A DNA stretch of 42,326 nt from Hyphochytrium catenoides (taxonomy: Eukaryota; Protista; Hyphochytriomycota): positions 1-42,326 of the forward strand of contig FLMG01000680.1 in NCBI GenBank assembly GCA_900088475.1, read 5' to 3'. Positions 9,776-23,019 of this stretch are shown here, piece after piece. Each line of letters begins with the position of its first letter. Within the stretch, counting starts at the first letter, position 1. A program made the position numbers and the translations under genes. The notes under the pieces were generated by a model that was not told where the DNA came from, did not search any database, and saw only the letters and a program-made list of their open reading frames with translations.

Positions 9776-12700
9776 TCACTCTTGCTGCGGCACATCTTCC
9801 TCTTTCAGCGCTTTCTCCTTATGCAGTGAGTTGTCCTTCCCTCTGGGAGTATTGAACGCCGCTTTCCTAGCACCTCTGATCCCGGGGAGAGAGAACGAAG
9901 AAGAGAGCAATCTGGACCCAGGATCCGCGCCTTTATGTATCTCATCCAGCGCTCGACTCAGCAGTCCATTTAGACGTTGGTTCTCCTCCTGCAACATGGT
10001 AATCTCATTCTTGCTCTCCTCTATGCAGCTTTGGAAGTGGGCTGTCTCCTGTTCCCTCGTCCTATTGACATCGGTCAAACGTCGCCTTTTAGGTGGAGAG
10101 AAAAATATACATATTAGAGCTAGTCATTGGGGGAACTCTGGTCTGAAGCTTCTTACTCATAACTGTCCCTCACAGCAAGAGCGCCTAGCAGATCGTCTTT
10201 ACTCTGAGAAAATTGATGAGGCTGGGGTCAGCACGGAAGATCTAAGCAATGCGAACAGGGCACATATTATTACCTTTGTCATAGTCTCTGCAAGCAAGCT
10301 CCATTGCTGGTCTAAGGATATGACATTTTCCATTCTCTCTTCTAGCTCTCGCGTCATCGCTGCTTCCAGCGACTTTCTTGCCTCTTCTGCCTTCTCTCGT
10401 TCTTCTACAGCATGAGTAAGAGCGACTTGTAGCTCTTGAATCAGCGCTTCATGCCTTTCAATGGAGGCGATAGCGCATGCCGCCTGCTCCCGCTGCGCGT
10501 TCTCTAAGAGCCTTTTCTCTGTTTCCAATCTGGAAACTGTGAAGTCTAGCTCTCGTCTCGCAATTACTTCTCTCTCTTTCTCTTCCAGAGCATACCGAAG
10601 GTTTCTCTCTCCTGTCATCTTGGTCTCCTGGAGCTCCAAGGCAGTTCTCTCTAAAAGCTCCACGCTCTCAACGTTCTGCTTCTGAAGGCTTTCAATGATG
10701 CGATAGCTCTCTTTGTCATAGACGCCTTGTATTCCATTCCCTAGCGACGGAAGGAGGATAGAGCCCCTTCCTTTTTCCCGTTGAGTTGTATCCTCGTCTG
10801 AACCCATGATAGACTTCTCAGCGTCTCGAAGAGCCTAAAGAGACAGCATGACAACATGAGGGGACACGTCAACGTATAGATCCGAATTCGTATGAGAGAG
10901 CAAGACGCACAAAAGGGCGAAGGAGAAGGAGAGAGAATAAGAGAGGAAGAGAGAGGGAGAGATGGCAGAGGAGACAACTAATGGAGTGGATACGGACACT
11001 GCTTGTCTTACCTCCATATACTTGTTCTCATATTCCATCAGGAGGGTGAGTTTCTCCGCCTGGAATTTGGCCTGTTCTTGTCTCAGTAGCTCTTCGTTCC
11101 TTCGCTCCACTTCCTTCCGTTCAACTCGCCCTCTCTCCTCCAACAGCCGGATCTGGGCTTCAAACAACTCCTTACAATCACAGCAGCCCGCTTTGTCTCC
11201 TACCCTCCCTTGTGGCCCTTCCGCTTCACCGAGATGAGAGAGGACACTTCTAACCTGTATTGTCGATGGCAGAGATAACATAAGAATGGGAAGTGGTAGG
11301 GCAATAGTTTGACTGCTTAAGCTGAGATCGAAGTCACTTGAAAGAGGCTGACAAACAATGAAGGAAGATGGAAGATACTAGGAAAAAAAATAGACTAACC
11401 TTCTGCACCACCGAAAGCTGATTCTCTCTGTTCAGCTGCTCGAGAAGGGAAGACCTTTCCCTGATCCAGCTCTCCCGCTCCTCCTCTAGTCTGAGGACAC
11501 AACAAAACGCGTGTGAGTCTGAGATTTTAAAGCATCATCAGAAGATGGTGGAAGAGTAGAGCTTCATCCTATAAGACCCGCACGGAAGATAGCAGAAGGT
11601 ACACTCTTTCTTACATGCTATGATACTGCTCCCTGGTATTGGCGACTAACTCCTTGCATTTAGCTGCAAAATGGTCTGCCTGGTGCTTAAGGTCTCTATC
11701 CTTCTTTTCTCTCTCCTGCAGAAGGAAGTCAGAGATACCTCTTACATGTATGCACTTAAGAAGACTATAAATGTCACTCACCTGCTGCCTCTCCTCCTCC
11801 CGCTCTCTTGCAAGTTGGGCAAGCTTCGCCTCTAAGTCCTCCTTTAGGCTTCTTTGTTGCGCTTCTCTCTGCTCCAAATCGCTTCGCTCAAGCTGGAACT
11901 CCTGAACAAGCTTCAAAGGAACAGTCAGGAGACCATCCACATCGATATGATGAGCTACCGCACAGCCCTTTTTCATTCCTCATTTGGATTTGAGCGACTC
12001 CCTCTGTCCACTGTCCTGACACTGTCTGTCTCTCTCCTATGCCCTTCTCTGCCGGTCCCTCTGTCAAGGAACCGGTACCAATTAACCTACCTCGTCCACC
12101 GTCAACCTGAGGCTCTCTCTTGACATCTTCCTCTCGTCCTCCAGCTGCTTTCTTAGGCCTTCTCTTTCCCTTTCCAAGCCGTCGTTCACTGTCTGGGCCA
12201 TCAGAAGCTGCTCTTCACGCTCAAACGCTCTGCTTTCTTCCTCCCTTAGCCTCACGTGCAGAGCAGTGAACTCTTCTCTTTCTCTCAAGAGAGACGTCTC
12301 CAGGTCTCTGAGTCTTTCTTCGAGCTCTTCTTTCTCTCTTGTGTGGATGTCCATTAGCCGTTGCCTCTCACGACATAAGTTCTCAGTCAGCTCGCTTCGT
12401 AACTGGGTGAGAGCAGCAGCAGCCTTCTTGATTTCTTCCTTTTTAGCCTTCTCTTCTGTCTGTCGTGCTACTTCTAGAAGCTGAGCTTCTCTCTGTCTCT
12501 CCTCTTGAAAGACGAGAGAGAGCGTCGCTTTTTGGGCTTCTAGCTTGGCTAGAATAGCCTTCTTGCTTTCTTCCTCTCTACTCTTCCATCTTTCTTCCCA
12601 CGTGCGCTGAAGGCGGTCTGCCTCTTCCTTGATGGACCTTTCTTGCTCCTGAGCTTCTTTTCTTATCTCTCTTATCTTCCCTTCCGTCTCAAGTGCCAAA

Positions 12701-15700
12701 TATCTTTCTCGATCCTCTGCTTCCTTCTTAAGCGCAAGCTGCAATTCGTGTCTCTCTTGAACTGCTGTCCTCTCTCTGGATAACATTTCTTCCCTCGTTG
12801 CAGTCAACTGCAGAATAAGTGCTTCCTCTCTTTCTCTAGACTCTGCTAACACAGCTGCCAGAGCATTTTCGGTTTCCACTGCTTTCTCCTTTAACCCCTG
12901 GATCACCTTCCCATATTCCCCCTCCATCGCTTCTTTAAGAGTCGAAAGGGAAGAAGAGAGAGAGAGTGAGTATTCCTCTTCCCTCTTCTCAACTTCTCTG
13001 TCATGCTGCTCCTGCAGGTGGGCCATATTATTGATTAGCTCCTGCAGTTCCAGCTGCGTGAGCTTCAGCATCTCATCTCTCTCTTTCAGGAGGACAGCTA
13101 GTCCTTCGTTATCGGTCTTTGCTCGCTCCTACGAAACACCATTATTGCGTGCTTAGTCCATCATTGCAGGAGATAAGACAGGAAGGAATCTAAGAGGGCG
13201 AGGGAGGCAGGGCAGGAAGAGAGGAAATGGTGAACAGGATCTTAGGCAAAAGTTCCCTACCAGGTTTTCTTTCATGGCCGCCTGTTCTTGTTTTGCTATC
13301 CTTTGAGCCTAACAGAGAGAAGTTAGTAGGGAAAAAAGGAAAGAAGCACGGAAGCAAGATGATGTCAGGCATCCAGACGCCCTCACAGTTAGGATGTCAG
13401 AGCGAGAGAGAAAGAGAGTGTGTGAGAGAGAGGGACCTCTTCCAAGCTCTTCCTGTCCATTTCTTCTCTCTTCATCAGGCTAAGAGTCTTGTCCAGCCTG
13501 TTGATAAAAAGAGAGGTGGTCAGGTCCGCACTCTTCCTGCCCATTTGGTCCTCTCTGCTTCTTCCTCTTCCCGTTCCATATCTGCTCTTACGATCTTTTG
13601 CCTGAGCGCTTTTCCCCACGCCTTCTTTTCCTCTATCTTAGTGCTTTACCTCTCCTTCAGCTCTTCCTCCCGTTTCTGCTGTTCTCCTCTTTCTTTCCTG
13701 GCAGTCTGGAGTTCTTCTTTTAGACGCTTCAATGCCTTTCGTCCGTCTTCAACCTGACGGAGGACCTCCTCACGATCCTTTTCTCTCTGTTCTGCCAGCG
13801 TCTGTACCTTCTCCCTCTCCCGTCTCAGCTGCTCGCCTAATGATTCCTTCTCTCGCCCCAGATCTTCCGTCTCTCTCGTAAGTAGGTCAAGCTTCTCCTG
13901 CTTCTCTTTGATATCCTCTTCTTTCTGTCTCATTGCTCTGTCCCAAGCCGCTTCAGCGCCTTGCCTCGCTTGGCAAAGAGCCATTCCTTCCTCTTCCTTC
14001 TCCTTGGTGATAGCCGCCAGCTCTCCCTGAAGGAGAACGAGTCTTTCTTCCCATTCTCCTTGGAGAAGGCAACTCTTTCTTTCCAGATCTTCTTTCTCCT
14101 TACGCAGGTTGGCCAGACTCTTCTCCTGACTCTGTCTAGCTTTCTCCACCTCCTTCTGCAGACAAGAGATGCTCTCCTCTTTTTCCTTGAGGAAGCGACG
14201 GAGCTCTTCACAATCTGCTACTGCTTCAGCTCTTTTCTGACTCTCTACACCCACACTCTCTTCCAATGTCCCCAGCTTCTCTTCTGCAGCGGTTAAGGCT
14301 TCCAGAAGGCGTTTGCCCTCCTGCCTTTCCCTCTCTGCCCTCTCTTCCGCTCTGTTGAGACTAGAAGAAGCCTCGCTGCGGAGTCTTTCTCTCTCCATTC
14401 GTTCCATCTCCAACTGCTGCTTGAGAAGCAGCATTCCCTCTCTTTGCTTTCTCTCCATTCTCTCCCACTCCTCCTTACTCTTGCTGAGCGATTTCTCCAT
14501 CAATTGAAGTAGCTTTCTCGCTTCTTCACCTTCGTCGTGAGCTCTCAAAAGCAGATGCTCCTTCTCAACCAACCCTCGTTGCAGCTCTTTGAGCATTACC
14601 TCTGCTCTTTCCCGACCATCTCTCTCTACTCCTTCTCTTGCTAGAGCTGCGGCTGTCTGTTCCCGTGTCTCTTTGAGAACACTTTGGAGGCTTGCAAGCT
14701 CTCCCTTTGTTCTTTCAAAGGCAATCTCTAACTCTTCCTTCTGCTTCTGCAGCTGGCGTTGGGCCTTTTCGCGGCGTTCTGCCTCCTCTTCGAGCACTAA
14801 GAGACCTTCTTGGTACCTGACAAGCTCCTGCTTGGCACGTACGCTCTCTAGCTTCTCCAGCTCGGCCATGCGTTCAGTTTCCGCTGCCTTCTCCTCATAC
14901 ATCTTGCAGTGAATCTCCGTATCTTCTTTGGCTTTCCACAGCTCTTTCTCCCGGTGTGCTGCTTCTACGTATGCTCTCTCAAGCTCTGCTTCTAAGTCCT
15001 TGATTTTTCTAAGTTGTTGCGAGCGAGCTTCCTTCTCCTCCTCAAGCTTCTCCTCCTTCTCTTTTAGTATCGCTCGCACCTCCTGTCGCTGCCTCTCTGC
15101 CTCTATCTTCATCGCCTGTAGCTCCTCGTACTGATGTTGCACTTCTGCTTGGACTTTGTGCAGTTCGGCTTTATCTCTTGCTAGCTCCTCTTTTGCAACC
15201 GCTAGCTCTTTAGACGCACTTCTTGACTGCTCTCGCAGCGTAGTCAACTCTTTGCTCTGTCCTTCAGCTAGTTCTTGGGCCCTCTCCAGCTTTGTCTGCT
15301 GCCTACGCCTCTCCTGTGAGACTTGCTGGGCCTCCTCCTGCAATGCTTCTATCTTGCGCTGCGCATCTTCGAGCTTCTCACTCTGGGCGGCTCTATTGTT
15401 CCGTTCAATGGCTAAATCTCCTTGAAAGTCCATAGATTGTCGTTGAAGCTCTTCTACCCTACGCTGGATTCCTCTTAGCTCCGCCTGTAGCTCTTCCCTT
15501 TCAATGTACGCTCTTTCCTTTCCTTTCTCGAGCGTTGAACACGCTGTCCGAAGCTGTTCCTGCACTCTTAGAGCTTCACCTCTCTGTCGCTCAAACGTCT
15601 CCCTTTCAGCTTCCATCTCTTTCTGCTGGGTCTGTGCTTGGCGTTGCAAATTTTCCAAGTCCCGCTGAATATCCTCTTTTTCCGTTTGAACATCTTTGAG

Positions 15701-18700
15701 GCTTTGCTCTAAGGCCTTCTTACAGTCTGAAAGCTTCTGAGACTCGGTGCGTAGAAGCTCTATCTCCGCCCTCTCTCTCGCTTTCTCAAACTCTCTCTCT
15801 TCAGTCTCCTGGATCTTTGCTTCTCTCAAACTTTCGATCATGCCCCTCTGCTCCTCTCTTTCTAAGCGCATAGTATCAAGTAACACGGTCAGCTGGTCTT
15901 TCTCCTCCTTCAGGGTGTCCAGATTCTCAGCCATCCTTTCTGAAAGAAGCCTCTTCTCTTCCAGCTCTAAGGACAGAGATTGCATCTTGTCTTTGGTTTC
16001 CTCTAGGTCTCTCTTCAACTCACATCTGTCCCAGTCGTTTTCTCTCTCTTTCTCCTCCAAGGCAGTCTGCATCTCTGCAAGTGCTCTCTCTTTCTCTTTT
16101 AGTGCTACTGCTTTTCTCTTGCCCTTTTTTCTCTCTTTCCCTAGCTCCTTCTCCATTTCCTCTAACGTAACAGTGAAAGAAGCCTTCTCGGATTGGAATT
16201 GATACCTTTCCCTCTCCACTTCCTTGAAGTCCGTCTCCATCGAGATTTCTCTCTCTCTCATCGCCTCCAGCTTCTTCTGTAAAGCCGACAGCATCTCGCT
16301 GATCTCTACTTGGATAGCCTCGGGCTCCTGTGCCGGTCGAGACACTCTTGCCTTTTCTTCTCTCTCCTCTTGTCCTTCCACACCCACAGAGACAACCTCT
16401 GGCTCCATTGAGATGCAGTCCTCTCTCTTCACTGCCGTGTTGGTTCTCTCTGGCTGCAAGGCGAGGAATTGAGTCCTCACTTCTCTTAACGCCTTTAAGG
16501 CCCTTTCTGCTTTTTGCACGCTTTCCCTTGTTTTCAGCTCCTCCGCAGCTTTCCTTTCTGCTTTCTCCCGCTCCTCCCTCGCTCTTTCCGCCGTTCGTTC
16601 TTCCTCCTCCCTGACTTTTAGCAACCTCTGCTCTTCCTCTCGCTTTCTCAGCATCTCAATGGCCTTATCTTTCTCACTGACTTCTCTCTTAAGAAAGGCG
16701 ATTAGTAGAGAGCTGGAAGAGTTTTGTTCGACCTTGCCATAGAAAGAACGTTGGCGGAGGGAGAAAAATGAATTAGGACGATAGTTCAAAAGGTAAACGG
16801 AGCAGAGAGACATGCCAAGGAAAGCAGGACTACAACGATCCAGCGCCAACAAAAACGAAAGGAAGGCATAGGGGAGCTGCCTAGCATCTGAAGATGCATC
16901 ACTGGGGTCAAGGGACAAAGGGCTTACCACACGGTCCATGTTCTGCAGCTTTTCAGACAATGCTAGTTCACGACTCTTAGCGCTATTGGCCTCTTCCTCT
17001 TTCCTCCCTAACTCAGCTTTGAGGGCAGAAAGCTCTTCTAGTACCTTCCTGTGCTCTTCTCTCTCTTGTTCTTTGCTATTCTCTGCGTCGCGAAGCACAG
17101 CAAGTTCTTCTTCTTTGAGCGCGATCTCTCTGTCCTTTTGTGTGAGGAGCTTGTCTTTCCTCTTGATGCTGAGGCGCAGCGCCTGAACTTCTCGTTCTAC
17201 CACGGTCAGCTTGGAATCTTGCTCAGGTCTCTCTTCCTCCTTTGCTTTGACTTCTCCTGCAGCTGGACATGTCGCTGACCCGAGCCGGACCAAACTCTCC
17301 CGTTGGGCCTCAAGCTGAAGCTCCCTCTGTGCAAAGTCCCAATCTATAGACGGCCCTAATTCTGCAGGAAAGAAGAAGCTTCTTAAGTAGAGCTGGAAGG
17401 CGGAAGCGCGAGCATCAGACGAATCGCTCTATAATTGGACAATAGAAGGGCAGACGAGCCTGGCATGATTTGCACTGCCATAATTCTATCGAAAGGCTCT
17501 TGAGATGAGGACGAAGCAGCTGGCGACTCAAGATGCAGAGGCACCTGCTGTTGCTGTCAACTAAACGGTGTTCCGATGCACCTGACGTACCCTTAGGATG
17601 GCTTAAATGGCCTATGTCGCTTCGATGCTCAGCAAGATGCAGTTCATCTTGGTTACCGACCTGGCTGTCGCGAGAAGCTTCCTCTCCGGGGATCTGGAGC
17701 CGAAAATAGTGCGTTTGGCCGAGCACCAGGCGATCTCTGTGATGGAGGGCTGAGGAGTCCCCTGCCCCTAATCTCTTGCCATTCAAATATACCTCACCAT
17801 CTATAATGGCCCAAGGGTTGTAAGGTGGGGCTACGTCCTTTGGTAAGCAAGCTTAGGGTCATACCTTTATTTCCTGAACGTACCACTAGACCTTCTTCTG
17901 TTCTTTCAATTATACAATGATCGGGCCTAATGCTATTGCCTGCAAGCTTCACCCTCTTAGTACTCTTAGTTGACGAGCTCCCATTCTCTCGAATTGCTCC
18001 CTGTGAAGCAGACGGTGGTGTGTCGTCTTCATTGCCTATTATGGTCAGACCCTCCCTTAAGTAAAACACCAAGCACTCTGAAAAGAGGGGATCCTGGGGA
18101 AGGAGGAAATCAGAGTACGGATTAGACAAAGAGAGAAGAGGGTGAAAACCAGATACGAGAATTAGAATGAGAAAAAACGAGAGCAACGGCGCAAGGGAGA
18201 CTTAGGTGGAGAAGGGATAGAATGGAAGAAAGAGAAGCGCACGCACGCGCGAGAGAGAAAGAGAGAGAGAAGAACAGAGAGAGTTGATGCGGTGTATGCA
18301 AATTAGGTTAGACGGAAGAAAAGTTTGAAATATGAGCAAGAACAGACATAGAAGGGAGCTATGCATGTTTGGACAGGACCGACGCCTAAGAAAAAAACTA
18401 AGAAGGCACCTTGGAGAGCTCACCTGGTTCAGGTTAACAAGGTAGGGCACCTCTCCATCGATGACATCTCCAGGAATGGCCAAGATCGATGGAGTCCTGC
18501 CCCTCCAGTCTCTTTCTTTGGTCAGCCTTTTCTTCTCTTCCCATGAAAGGGTAAGCTGTTCTATCAGCTTTTCTCTCTCTGAGAGCGCCTGGCTGAGACG
18601 AGCAGCCTCCTCCTGTAGATAAGCAGCCGCCCCTATGTTCTGAAGAGGAGCGACGGAATGCATTAGAATAATCTCATTTCAAAGGGGCGAATTAGACCTC

Positions 18701-20943
18701 AAAGTAGTGCCTCACCGGAGAAGCCGGCAATGCCTGACCTCCACCCTGCAGCTGTAACTTTAGGAGAGAGATTTCTTCTTTCAGCTGATGCACAAGAACC
18801 TCTTTCCTATCCTCATTTACGATGGGAACATTCACAATGTGCTTGGCCCTGTCAATATATCTACATAGAGGCAGAGTTTAGTCTCACTCTTTAGTGCTCT
18901 GCACTCTAAGTGGTCTACTACTTGTCTACACTCTTCACTGAGATAGCCATCCGGGGGTTTGCTTGTCCTGACCTACCTTAAGGAGCTGAGAGTCTCGTCA
19001 AAGTGCACATCACAAGGACTTATGGCGGCCAGCATCACCGTCTTGCTATTACCGCCCAAGCTCTCCTTAAGCAACCACGTCAGCACACTATTTCTATAGG
19101 GAACGAAGTCTAAGGGATTGCCCCCTCCTTTGGCTGGGGATGAAAGTGAGCCGTGGAAGCGGGAAGTAGCATGCGGCTGATGTCTGCTCCTCGTAGCTTG
19201 GGATCGGAAAGCGATACAGAGGAAAATGTTGATCAATGATTTAGGGAAAGCCCGAACAGAAACATCACGCATTTACACGGCGGAATAGGCAAAGGGAGGA
19301 AGAACAAGTCTTAGTTCACTTGGGCAGTTCGCTATAGATGCAACAGGAGCCTAGATACCTGGGACTCTGGAGGAGGACACAGAAGGACGAGCAGCCAGGG
19401 CCTTTATGACGTCGCCAAGCGTGGAAAGAGACTTATTGATGCTTGCAGCCTCACGGAGACGCTCACCCTTAGCCCTTGACAGACTTACTCTTTCACTGCC
19501 GGCCAGGTCCACAAGAGAGATCTTGCTAACTTTATCTACTCGTCCTTCTTCACTTCTATCTTTCTGGAGGACCTTGCCACTCGCTATTCGTCTTTGGATT
19601 AAGGTCACCTCAAAGATGGCGTGAGAGCGACTAGAGGCCTCATTTAAGTGAGTGACAGCTACCGTCCTCTGCCGGCTCCCTTCCGTCAGCAGCTGCTCGA
19701 TGTCTTCGTAGCAGGTTACAGCGAGGACTGAGAGATCTTCCACGTAGGCCCCTGTTTCAGGGTGCTCTCTTACCCTAAGACTAGATCCCTTTCATAGTGA
19801 ACGACGAGATGTAAGCCATAAAGACTAGGTTAAGAGTGACAAAAATAGCAAGTCTACAAAGAATGACGGAAGACAGCCAAGGTAACCTTAGAAGGGAGAG
19901 GGAGACCTACGGGCATAAGGCACCCACGTCCCGCTACCACGCCATAAGAAAATGGAGAGGGCAACAGAAGAGAGGAGAGAAGTAACCCCAGTCTAGGAGA
20001 AACCTAACATTGGCCCAGGAGCTGCTAATAAAGAGAACGGCTCCCTAACTCATCGTCATCTGGGCTCTGTGATCCTCTGACCTTGCTCATGCCTGGATTA
20101 AAGAGGTCTCTGACGCGCTCGTGATAGATTTCATAGTAGCTAACCTCGACGTTGCATTCCATTTCCTCTCCATACTCTTGATACAGTTGAGAGATGCGCG
20201 AAAAGATAGCAAAGCAGATCCTAGGGACTGCATTTTCGTGAACAGGAGAGGGCAGAGGACAGAAACTTACAAGGTGTATGACGACTATCTTTGAGCTCTT
20301 GAAAGGAGACAGAATAGAACAGCAACCTCAGAGAAGCAATAGCGACATTCCAGTGACAGCTAGGTTAGACAGAAATCCCATATCTACAGTCTCTAACCTA
20401 GTCCGTAGTCCTCTGGGTCCATTGAGTCGTCAAGAACAGCACCAGTGCCCATCATCGTGTACGACTTTCCTGCACCCGTTTGCCCTGTCAAGGTGAGAAC
20501 CAGTGAACGGAGAGTAGAAGCGTAAGTGGAAACGGGTAGAGAGCTTTCTCTTCAAAATCACGCGAGGTCCTCACCATAGGCAAAGATAGAGCAATTATAG
20601 CCCTCGAAGGCATCGTCCACCAATGAACTGCCAATGTGACGGTAGATATCTGCTTGAGAAGCGTGGTTGCCACTGCCAGGATCTACTGACCAGAATGAAT
20701 GATCAAAGGTAAAGCGGCGCTGCCAAAGACTGCACAGCCCAGGGCCTGCGTCAATTGTCGCCGGATCCGTTATGGTGACTACTTGGCCCTGTTTTGACTG
20801 GTGAGCGCCAGGGAGTTGCTAAGTCACGATAACAGAAGAGAGCGGGCGCTTACATCTACGCCGACGATACATCTGCAGCCAGAATCGTACTCCTTGTCCG
20901 TGAGCGGACGGACGCGGACTGCGGTGACGACCCGCTGCTCCAT
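9776..20943 (-). CDS. Kinesin-3 family motor (motor + FHA) with giant coiled-coil tail, ~22 exons, ~2,700 aa
   Basis: VAVRVRP-like [18 protein letters not shown]-loop [28 protein letters not shown], switch I NEASSRSH, switch [41 protein letters not shown]...[12 protein letters not shown], then E/K/R/Q/L-rich exons (ORFs 13646-17293, 12082-13071, 10199-10807, 9776-10078). The true start may lie in an upstream exon (acceptor near 21052). Confidence 0.92.
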
Positions 20944-22038
20944 CTTTGTTGGGTCCGTCTTCAATGAGATGCCTTTCGACACTTGTCTAACCACGTTATT
21001 GACATTCTGGGGCTTGCTAGATCCACTAGGACAGACTATGGCTGGCGCAGCCTAAACGAGGATGGCCATGCTGTATCAAGAACAATCCAAATTAGACAGC
21101 AAAGCGCCCCGCAGCACTAGCAGCTAGCGTTAAGGCCCCATATTGATTGTTGCCTTCTCGCCTTCACAGAGACAGAGAGCCCCTCAGCAGAGCTAGCCGC
21201 GGGCAAGACGATGAGGTCGAAGGAGAACCAGACCAGCGGACCAAAGGAGTGCCATGCCGCGCTGCTGCTGCCGCTACTGCTTCCCTGACTTTCTGTTCTT
21301 CGCCTTGGGAAGCATCCTACCTGCCACTACAGCACTACTGGCTCTCTCCTGCCCCGTATCTATCTTCTGCTCTGTCTTCTAAGAGAGGAATCCTTCCTTT
21401 ATTATCATCACCGCGTAGAAGATCACCTAGTCTATCTAGGAGCATCTCTGTCACGTACCTCTGTTGTTTCTTCTGTTCGTGTGCTGTATCTCTCCCCTTC
21501 AGGTGGTTACACATATGTGCGGTTACTATAAAGTGATAATCTTACAATAGACTACTGGCTCCTGAACTAGTGGATTTGTGATCGGTTATCGCGAATATGA
21601 TTCTCCAGAAGCAGAAATCACCGTCACATCTCTTACTAGGGCTTTTTCTCTGTCTCTAGAACTATGAGTTTCCTCAATGATCTTCACAATGTTCTCGGTT
21701 CTTGCAGTCTTCAGAACTGAGTAACCTCTCACCCACAAAGCACTTCAAGGCAGATTGCTTGGCTGAGCCTGACAAACATCAAACGGCAGTCTCGGGGTCC
21801 CGGCCCGTAAGATAGAGTTAGAGAAAGCGGTCTCATTTAGACGGGCATACCGGTGGCTCTTGTGACCTATCTTGTCCTCTATTAGAAGTGATTCGTCTTT
21901 CCCCTGTACAAGTGGCGGCATTGTCCATTTCAGCTAAAGGTTCTATCGGGCCAACGCCTCTCACCAGGTCCCTAGGTCATTTGTCACGAATCCGGCGCAG
22001 GAAAAGTATCGGGGTACAGCACCGAGTACTGTGGCACT

Positions 22039-22938
22039 ATGGGTAACGATGGTGGTGTGATTGCGGTGCAACGCAGGTTCATGCGGCATGGTAATACCAA
22101 GAAGGACGAAGAGAAGGCGGATAAATCAGAGGTTCTGCTAAAGAAGGTTTCAACCTGCTCGCTGACTGATGAGCCCCTAACTGATCCAATTGTGGCTTGT
22201 GAGCTAGGCAATCTATTCAACAAAGAAGCTTTGATCAGAAGGCTGCTAGACAGGACGCTTCCTGAAGCCTTTGAGCATATCCGCAGCCTAAAAGACACAA
22301 TTCCCTGCAGGTTTACACCCGTTCCAGCTGGTGCAGGAGACTCCAAGGAATCTTCAGACACCCGGGCCCGATATGTCTGCCCCATTTCTCTTGCTGAGTT
22401 CAACGGGCGGATTCCCTTTGTGATCCTGCGACCCTGTGGTTGCGTTATGTCCGAGAAAGCGCTTAAGGAGCTGAATGTCAACCACTGTCCTGTGTGCAAC
22501 GTAGCTTTTCAAGGGGAAGATCGAATCAAGCTAGTCCCTAGTGACATTGAGATCCCAGTTATTTTAGACGCTCTTAAAGTCCGGCGAGAGCGTCTAAAGA
22601 GTGAGAAGAAGAAGGCCAAGAAGTTAAGTAAGTCAGGATCCAGCCAGCTTGCTCTGTTAGGGCAAGAGCCTTCTAAGGAGGTGATAGGCGAGGAGCAAAA
22701 AATCAAATCAGCAAAGCGCCATGCCGAAGAGGACGCCAGGCCCAAAAAGAAGCAAGTGCTTTCTGCTAAGGTTGATCGCGTAGTGGATAGAGCGGCTCAA
22801 GAAGCATCTGAGGCTATCAAAAAGAGCAAGGAGACTAGTAAAGTCTATGCCTCGCTCTTCACTAACAAGGAGAAGAAAAAGGAAGATGCCAACGCCCTTT
22901 TGATGACAGTGGGGGGTTTGCGCTATACATTGCACTGA
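22039..22938 (+). CDS. RTF2: Replication termination factor 2 (Rtf2 RING-like), intronless, 299 aa
   Basis: MGNDGG start, CSLTDEPL..PIVACELGNLFNKEA, YVCPIS..EFNG...F..LRPCGCVMSEKALKE, CPVC, SKVYASLF. Confidence 0.95.
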   Translation: MGNDGGVIAVQRRFMRHGNTKKDEEKADKSEVLLKKVSTCSLTDEPLTDPIVACELGNLFNKEALIRRLLDRTLPEAFEHIRSLKDTIPCRFTPVPAGAGDSKESSDTRARYVCPISLAEFNGRIPFVILRPCGCVMSEKALKELNVNHCPVCNVAFQGEDRIKLVPSDIEIPVILDALKVRRERLKSEKKKAKKLSKSGSSQLALLGQEPSKEVIGEEQKIKSAKRHAEEDARPKKKQVLSAKVDRVVDRAAQEASEAIKKSKETSKVYASLFTNKEKKKEDANALLMTVGGLRYTLH

Positions 22939-23019
22939 TAATTTGTACTCTATGCCGGGGTAGTGCAACCGTTCTACTTACAATCTATAACTAGGGGATG
23001 ATAGCCTCTTGTACAGTTC

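Noticed and set aside
9735-17278. Many + strand ORFs (e.g. 9735-10415, 13227-13757, 15747-16202)
   Set aside because: Antisense shadows of the GAG/AAG/AGA-rich coiled-coil exons of the kinesin.
20009-20049. 13-nt microexon plus 28-nt intron in the kinesin motor
   Set aside because: A single phase-0 intron from AAG|GTCAGA (~20082) to 19789 restores the frame more simply, and confident introns here are all over 50 nt.
21336-21515. 59-codon - strand ORF (MCNHLKGRDT...GESQ*) upstream of the kinesin
   Set aside because: Cannot be distinguished from a 5' UTR/uORF or an alternative first exon, and has no family features.
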